DNA of 53,841 bases from contig JAHAZT010000027.1 in the NCBI GenBank assembly GCA_018383975.1, forward strand, positions 1 to 53,841, read 5' to 3'. How positions within the stretch are numbered: the first letter of the stretch is position 1; every line of letters begins with the position of its first letter. Shown here piece after piece: positions 48,677 through 53,841 of the stretch. Below the pieces are notes generated by a model. That model was given only the letters and a program-made list of their open reading frames with translations. It had not been told where the DNA came from and did not search any database. Made by a program: the position numbers and the translations under genes. The DNA is from Eubacteriales bacterium (lineage in GTDB: Bacteria > Bacillota > Clostridia > Oscillospirales > CAG-272).

Positions 48677-50005
48677 TTATTTCTTGTCGTTATCGTCGAA
48701 GATGTCGCCGCATTCGGGACAGAACTTCGGCGGATGCGCGGGATCCTCAGGCTCCCAGCCGCATTTATCGCAACGGAAAAGCGGTGCGCCTTCGGGCTTC
48801 TTCGTTCCGCATTCGGAGCAGAATTTGCCTTTGTTTCCCGTGGCTCCGCAGGACGGACAAGTCCAGCCGTCTTCGGGCTTTTTGGCTCCGCACTCCGTGC
48901 AGAATTTTCCTGTGACCGTCGCGCCGCAACTGCATTTCCATGCGTCTGCGGGAGCGGAAGCGGGTGCTACCGGTGCCTGCGGCTGCTGCTGTCTTGCCTG
49001 CTGACCCATCTGATACAGGTTCTGAGCATTCATTCCGCCTGCCTGAGTTGCCATTCCCAAGCCCATAAAGCCCATCATTGCGCCGTTATCGTTTGCGGCA
49101 GCAGCTTTCATAGCCTCTGCCTGTGCGCCGACGAGAGTTGCCGCGCCCATTGAAGGATCGCGGAGGATAGCCGCGTGCTGAGCCTTCTTTATAAGCTCTG
49201 CGTCCTCTTCGGGAAGCGTTACGGATCCGAGTGCAATGCTGACAACCTGAAGTCCTCTGAGCTCGCCCCACTTTGCCGAAAGTGCGCTGTTCATCGCATT
49301 TTCAAGGTCTGTATTGTGAGCGACTATCTGGTTGGGACGGAGTCCGAGCTCGGAAAGTCTTCCGAAAGCGGGCTGAAGCGCGCTGATGAACTCGGTTTTG
49401 AGCTGACCGTCGATAGTGTCTCTTGTGTATGCCTTTTCAACGTTTCCGCAAACGTTTGTATAGAAAAGAAGCGGGTCTGCGATTTTGTAAGAATAAACGC
49501 CGGAGCAACGAACGGAAACGTCGATATCAAGACCGATGTTTCTGTCAACAACCCTGAACGGAATGGGGTTCGGAGTGCCGAACTTGTTATCAATGAGTTC
49601 CTTTGTGTTGAAATAATAAACTCTCTGATCCTTGCCGGTATCGCCGCCGTATGTAAAGCGTTTACCGATGGTTTTGAACGTATCCAATATTCCCTTGCCG
49701 AGGGAGCCTGTGAAAATGCTGGGTTCCGTTGACTTGTCGTATGTGAACTGACCGGGCTCGGCACATACTTCAACGATTTTTCCCTGCTCGACAATCATCA
49801 TACACTGACCGTCCGCAACGGCAATGCCCGAACCGTTTGAAATGATATTGTCATTTCCCTTTGTGTTTGACGAACGACCGGTAATGCGTTTTTCACCCTT
49901 TACCATAAGAGTATCCGATGAGAGAGCGTCGCAATAGAAAAACTCCTTCCATTGATCAGCAAGCGTACCGCCGACGGCTCCCGAAAGTGCTTTGATAAGT
50001 CCCAT
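48677..50005 (-). CDS. SPFH/band-7 domain protein with C-terminal double zinc ribbons (YdjI-like)
   Basis: 'ADQWKEFF', 'KFGTPNPIPF', Ala/Gly/Met-rich linker, 'KFCTECG', 'KFCSECG', 'KFCPECG'; upstream TTGCTT-17-TATAAT (50065-50093). Confidence 0.9.
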   Translation of the reverse strand: MGLIKALSGAVGGTLADQWKEFFYCDALSSDTLMVKGEKRITGRSSNTKGNDNIISNGSGIAVADGQCMMIVEQGKIVEVCAEPGQFTYDKSTEPSIFTGSLGKGILDTFKTIGKRFTYGGDTGKDQRVYYFNTKELIDNKFGTPNPIPFRVVDRNIGLDIDVSVRCSGVYSYKIADPLLFYTNVCGNVEKAYTRDTIDGQLKTEFISALQPAFGRLSELGLRPNQIVAHNTDLENAMNSALSAKWGELRGLQVVSIALGSVTLPEEDAELIKKAQHAAILRDPSMGAATLVGAQAEAMKAAAANDNGAMMGFMGLGMATQAGGMNAQNLYQMGQQARQQQPQAPVAPASAPADAWKCSCGATVTGKFCTECGAKKPEDGWTCPSCGATGNKGKFCSECGTKKPEGAPLFRCDKCGWEPEDPAHPPKFCPECGDIFDDNDKK

Positions 50006-50227
50006 AACTGTTTTTCCTCCGTTTTTATTATTTGCGGATACGCCTTCGTACCCTTTATAGATTTATTATACATCAAAGCGCGCAAAAAAGCAACAACGAT
50101 TTTCAAATGATTGTGAATTTTTTCTCTTGATTATATCATGTGTTTATGATAATATTATACAGTCGGCAAAATTCAGCATTTTACGAATGTATCTGCAACA
50201 TCATAAACCGAAAGTGAGGATATTTAT

Positions 50228-50773
50228 ATGAAGCTTATGGTTGCCTCCGATATTCACGGGTCGGGATTGTTTTGCGAAAAGCTCATTGAGGCGTACAACG
50301 CCGAGCAGCCGGATAAGCTCGTTCTCCTCGGAGATCTGCTCTATCACGGTCCGAGAAACGATATCCCCGGCGGATACGACACAAGAAAAGTCGCCGCAAT
50401 GCTCAACGGAATAAAAGAAAGCATCATCTGCGTTCGCGGAAACTGTGACAGCGAGGTTGATCAGATGGTTCTCGATTTTCCCATAATGGCGGATTATGCC
50501 CTGCTTTATGTCGGCGGAAGAACTGTTTTTGCAACGCACGGTCATCTTTTCGATGACGATAATCCCCCGAAAATGGCGGGCAACTTTATCCTCCTCTGCG
50601 GGCATACACACGTCCCCGCCTGCGATGATCACGGCTCGTTTTTATATGTCAATCCGGGCTCCGTGTCAATCCCCAAGCTCAATTCCGACAGAGGCTACAT
50701 TGTTATGACCGAAAACGAAATAATATGGAAAACCATCGGCGGCACGGCTTATAAAAAAGTCGATTTGAAATAA
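50228..50773 (+). CDS. yfcE: Metallophosphoesterase, YfcE family
   Basis: 'SDIHGS', 'LGDLLYHGPRN', 'RGNCDSEVDQMVL', 'THGH', 'GHTHVP', 'NPGS'. Confidence 0.9.
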   Translation: MKLMVASDIHGSGLFCEKLIEAYNAEQPDKLVLLGDLLYHGPRNDIPGGYDTRKVAAMLNGIKESIICVRGNCDSEVDQMVLDFPIMADYALLYVGGRTVFATHGHLFDDDNPPKMAGNFILLCGHTHVPACDDHGSFLYVNPGSVSIPKLNSDRGYIVMTENEIIWKTIGGTAYKKVDLK

Positions 50774-50809
50774 AATTCCGAAAAATTGCACATTTTTTCG
50801 TTTTTTCTC

Positions 50810-50838
50810 TTGACAAGCCCCTTCCTTTGTGATATCAT
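50810..50838 (+). promoter_or_regulatory. sigmaA promoter of the met leader/metQNI operon
   Basis: TTGACA (50810-50815), 17-nt spacer ending TGa, TATCAT (50833-50838). Confidence 0.85.
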
Positions 50839-50871
50839 ACGTCCATATTTATCCGCAGGGAGGAACACGTG

Positions 50872-50973
50872 ATGCTTACAGCGCTTACGCTTAAAGAGAT
50901 GATAATGTGCATGTCTATGATGCAAGCCGAAGATTGCTGTATCATACGTTTCCGCACGCAAAAAAACGTTTGA
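50872..50973 (+). CDS. Met-rich leader peptide, 33 aa: MLTALTLKEMIMCMSMMQAEDCCIIRFRTQKNV
   Basis: GGGAGG RBS (50858-50863) 8 nt before ATG; Met at codons 10, 12, 14, 16, 17; too short for the supplied ORF track. Confidence 0.85.
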   Translation: MLTALTLKEMIMCMSMMQAEDCCIIRFRTQKNV

Positions 50974-51044
50974 TCCCAAAGCGGATAATGTAAAAATAAA
51001 GCAATCTTCGGAAGCCGTTTTTTCAGGCTTCCGTTTTTTGTTTT
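50916..51044 (+). promoter_or_regulatory. Transcription attenuator (protector, antiterminator, terminator)
   Basis: 1:2 helix 50916-50924/50938-50946; 2:3 helix 50927-50938/51000-51011 (12 bp perfect); 3:4 terminator 51009-51016/51026-51033 followed by TTTTTTGTTTT. Confidence 0.82.
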
Positions 51045-51076
51045 CAAAATTATTTTTCTCAAAGGAGATTTCAAAA

Positions 51077-51922
51077 ATGAAAAAAATCGCAGCAATCATC
51101 ATCACGCTCGCAATCACGCTTCTGCTTCTCGCTTCGTGCGGCGGCAAGAAAGGTGTGACCATCGCAGTTCCGAACGATACAACAAACGAAGCCCGCGCGC
51201 TCCTTCTTCTTGAAGCAAACGGACTTATCAAACTCAAGGAAGGCGCAGGAATTACGGCAACAGTTCGTGACATCGTCGAAAATCCTTATAACATCAAAAT
51301 AAAAGAGGTTGAAGCCGCACAGCTTCCCAACTTCCTCCCCGACGTTGACTATGCCGTCATAAATTCAAACTACGCTCTCCCCGCCGGTCTCAATCCGACA
51401 AAGGACTCGCTCGCAATTGAAGGCTCATACAGTAAATACGCAAATATTCTTGCCGTCAAAAAAGGCAACGAAAGCACCCCGAAGACAAAGGCTCTCAAGG
51501 CGGCTCTCGAAAGCAAGCAGGTTGCGGATTTCATTGCAAAAAAATATGACGGCGCCGTCATAAGCACAATTGACAATCCCACAAACGGCTTTGACGCCTC
51601 TGTTGACTATGCTTCCCTTGCCGGAACGAAAATCACAGTCGCCGCTTCGCCCACTCCCCATGCGGAAATTCTTGAAGAAGCAAAGAAAATTCTTGCCGAA
51701 AAGAACATCACGCTTGAAATCAAAACCTTTTCCGATTACGTTGTCCCGAACAACGTTGTCGAAAGCGGCGAATGCGACGCAAACTACTTCCAGCACACCC
51801 CCTACCTTGATAATTTCAACGAAAACAACGGCACGCACATCGTTTCTGTTTCCGCAGTTCACGTTGAGCCTATGGGTGTTTACTCCAAAAGCCATACAAC
51901 GCTTGAAGATATAAAAAAATAA
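51077..51922 (+). CDS. metQ: Methionine ABC transporter substrate-binding lipoprotein (MetQ/NlpA), permuted segment order
   Basis: Lipobox 'LASC'; 'IAVPNDTTNEARALLLL', 'AVINSNYA', 'ASPTPHAEILE', 'DANYFQHTPYL', 'HVEPMGVYS'. Confidence 0.92.
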   Translation: MKKIAAIIITLAITLLLLASCGGKKGVTIAVPNDTTNEARALLLLEANGLIKLKEGAGITATVRDIVENPYNIKIKEVEAAQLPNFLPDVDYAVINSNYALPAGLNPTKDSLAIEGSYSKYANILAVKKGNESTPKTKALKAALESKQVADFIAKKYDGAVISTIDNPTNGFDASVDYASLAGTKITVAASPTPHAEILEEAKKILAEKNITLEIKTFSDYVVPNNVVESGECDANYFQHTPYLDNFNENNGTHIVSVSAVHVEPMGVYSKSHTTLEDIKK

Positions 51923-51940
51923 TTAAGGCAGAGTTTTATA

Positions 51941-52939
51941 ATGATAGAATTACGCAACATTTGCAAGACCTTTGAAGGCGCGGGCGGAAAAGTCGACGCG
52001 CTTCACAACATAAACCTGACAATATCGGACGGCGATATTTACGGTATTATCGGTATGAGCGGAGCCGGAAAAAGCACTCTTGTTCGCTGTATCAATATGC
52101 TTGAACGCCCGACAGAAGGCGAGGTTATAGTCGACGGAGTGAATATGGGAGAGCTTTCCCCCTCTCAGCTCCGCGAAGCAAGACGCGGCATAACAATGAT
52201 TTTTCAGGGCTTTAATCTGCTTATGCAGAAAAATTGCCTGAAAAACGTCTGTTTCCCGATGGAGCTTGCGGGCATACCGAAGGCGGACGCCGTAAAGCGT
52301 GCGACGGAGCTTCTTGAACTTGTCGGCTTGCCGGACAAGGCAAAAGCCTATCCCGCCCAGCTTTCAGGCGGTCAGCAGCAAAGAGTTGCCATAGCCCGTG
52401 CGCTTGCAACGAATCCGAAAGTGCTTCTCTGCGATGAGGCAACAAGCGCGCTTGACCCGAACACTACCCACTCAATTCTCGAACTGATACGGGACATAAA
52501 TAAAAAACTCGGAATAACCGTCATAATCATCACGCACCAGATGAGCGTTGTCGAAGAGGTCTGCAATCATGTTGCGATTCTCGATAACGGCGAAGTCGTT
52601 GAAGAAGGCGCAGTCGGAACGGTATTCGCAAGTCCGAAATCGGCGGCGGCAAGACGGCTCGTTTTCCCCGGCGGCGCGGACGATCAGGTCTCAAATCCGC
52701 ACAAGGAAAAACGGCTCCGCGTTGTTTTCAGCGGCGCACAGGCGGCGAGTATGCCCCTCATTTCGTCAATGGCGATTGAAATGAACATTCTCGTAAACAT
52801 AGTTTCCGCCGCCACACGATGCATTGACGACAGAACCTACGGATCTATGCTTCTGGGCGTTCCCGGCGGCGAGGAACAGGCAAAGATGGTTGCCGGATAT
52901 CTCGGCTCCGTTGAAAACGTGACAGTTGAGGAGGTGTAA
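51941..52939 (+). CDS. metN: Methionine ABC transporter ATP-binding protein
   Basis: 'GMSGAGKSTLVRCINMLERPT', 'YPAQLSGGQQQRVAIARAL', 'LLCDEATSALDP', C-terminal NIL-like domain. Confidence 0.95.
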   Translation: MIELRNICKTFEGAGGKVDALHNINLTISDGDIYGIIGMSGAGKSTLVRCINMLERPTEGEVIVDGVNMGELSPSQLREARRGITMIFQGFNLLMQKNCLKNVCFPMELAGIPKADAVKRATELLELVGLPDKAKAYPAQLSGGQQQRVAIARALATNPKVLLCDEATSALDPNTTHSILELIRDINKKLGITVIIITHQMSVVEEVCNHVAILDNGEVVEEGAVGTVFASPKSAAARRLVFPGGADDQVSNPHKEKRLRVVFSGAQAASMPLISSMAIEMNILVNIVSAATRCIDDRTYGSMLLGVPGGEEQAKMVAGYLGSVENVTVEEV

Positions 52940-52941
52940 AA

Positions 52942-53640
52942 ATGAATAATATGTTTTCTCCGGAAAAACTGCAAACGGCTGTCGATATATTGAAGCACGA
53001 TATTCCGGCTGCAATTTTTGAAACGCTGTACGTTACGCTCATCGCCACGTTTTTTGCATTTGTTATAGGACTTCCGCTCGGTGTTCTGCTCGTTGTCGGA
53101 GACAAAGGCGGCGTTCTTCCCCTTCCGAAATGGCTTATGAAATTGCTGAACGTCATAGTCAATCTTCTCCGTTCCGTCCCTTTTATAATACTTATTGTCG
53201 TTGTGTTCCCTCTCACGAGGCTTATCGTCGGCACAACGATAGGCTCGGTAGCGTCGATTGTACCTCTTGTCATAGCGGCGTTTCCGTTTGTCGCAAGACT
53301 TGTTGAAAGCAGTCTGCGCGAAGTCAATCCCAACATAATCGAAGCGGCGCAGAGTATGGGCGCAACACCGTTTCAGATAATCACAAAGGTAATGATTCCC
53401 GAAAGCGTTCCGTCACTTGTTTCAAACGCCACGATAGCCGTAACCACAATTCTAGGTTACACGGCAATGAGCGGTGCAATCGGCGGCGGCGGACTCGGAA
53501 ATATCGCCATTATGTACGGTTATATGCGTTATAACTATATGGTAATACTGATTGCCGTTGTGCTTCTTATCGTGCTTGTTCAGGTATTCCAGAGCGCAGG
53601 CACCGCAATTTCCGTAAAGACGGACAAAAGACTGAAATAA
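52942..53640 (+). CDS. metI: Methionine ABC transporter permease
   Basis: 'NLLRSVPFIIL', 'IVGTTIG', 'ARLVESSL', 'EAAQSMGA', 'GAIGGGGLG'. Confidence 0.95.
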   Translation: MNNMFSPEKLQTAVDILKHDIPAAIFETLYVTLIATFFAFVIGLPLGVLLVVGDKGGVLPLPKWLMKLLNVIVNLLRSVPFIILIVVVFPLTRLIVGTTIGSVASIVPLVIAAFPFVARLVESSLREVNPNIIEAAQSMGATPFQIITKVMIPESVPSLVSNATIAVTTILGYTAMSGAIGGGGLGNIAIMYGYMRYNYMVILIAVVLLIVLVQVFQSAGTAISVKTDKRLK

Positions 53641-53645
53641 AAATT

Positions 53646-53679
53646 AAAAACGCTCTTCCGATGCGGAAGAGCGTTTTTT
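53646..53679. terminator. Bidirectional terminator between metI and glnS
   Basis: AAAAACGCTCTTCCG-ATG-CGGAAGAGCGTTTTTT. Confidence 0.88.
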
Positions 53680-53686
53680 GTATTCA

Positions 53687-53841
53687 TCAGAATTTATATC
53701 CGTCTTTAAGGCTGACGATTCTGTTGAACCTGTTTGCGTGCCTGGAGTCCGGAGTGAAATAACCCGTTCTTACAAACTGGAACTTTTCACCCGGCTTTGC
53801 ATCGCCCAGCGACGGTTCAATCTTTGCGTCGTCTATCTCTA
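53687..53841 (-). CDS. glnS: Glutamine--tRNA ligase, C-terminal fragment (runs off the window)
   Basis: My translation: '[50 protein letters not shown]', matching the GlnRS 'FQF.R.GYF..D...FNR.V.LKD' end. Confidence 0.82.
   Translation of the reverse strand, partial: EIDDAKIEPSLGDAKPGEKFQFVRTGYFTPDSRHANRFNRIVSLKDGYKF

Noticed and set aside
50845-50990. SAM-I (S-box) riboswitch or T-box upstream of metQ, suggested by TTATC...GATAA
   Set aside because: The S-box core strings (AGAG..GAGGGA..GGCCC, GCAACC, GGTGC) and the T-box GGTGGNACC motif are absent. The uORF and helices explain the region better.

Overview
Chromosomal core-genome segment from a spore-forming Clostridia-type Firmicute (inferred from sigG, whiA, an ECF folate S-component and Firmicute-style sigmaA promoters). 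It carries housekeeping genes (dnaE, whiA, murB, polA, pgi, ttcA, fhs, glpK, an msmX-like ATPase, tRNA-Thr(GGT), the 3' end of glnS). It also has an NitT/TauT-type ABC transporter with a Crp/Fnr regulator, a glycerol-3-phosphate oxidation cluster, comEC, a 2465-aa cyclic beta-1,2-glucan synthase-like gene, an SPFH/Zn-ribbon/TPM membrane module, several lipoproteins and surface proteins, and a metQ-metN-metI operon. I see no CRISPR array, prophage or intact transposase. The strongest unexplained signal is upstream of metQNI. An unlisted 33-aa leader peptide with five Met codons in eight positions is embedded in mutually exclusive 1:2, 2:3 and 3:4 helices ending in an intrinsic terminator. This is the layout of a ribosome-mediated methionine attenuator, sitting where an S-box or T-box would normally be expected. 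The MetQ it controls appears circularly permuted. Other candidates are two H-type pseudoknot leaders abutting ribosome-binding sites, a structured folT leader that does not match the THF riboswitch consensus, and a forespore-type promoter on the glucan synthase gene. All family calls come from motifs read by eye, with no database searches.
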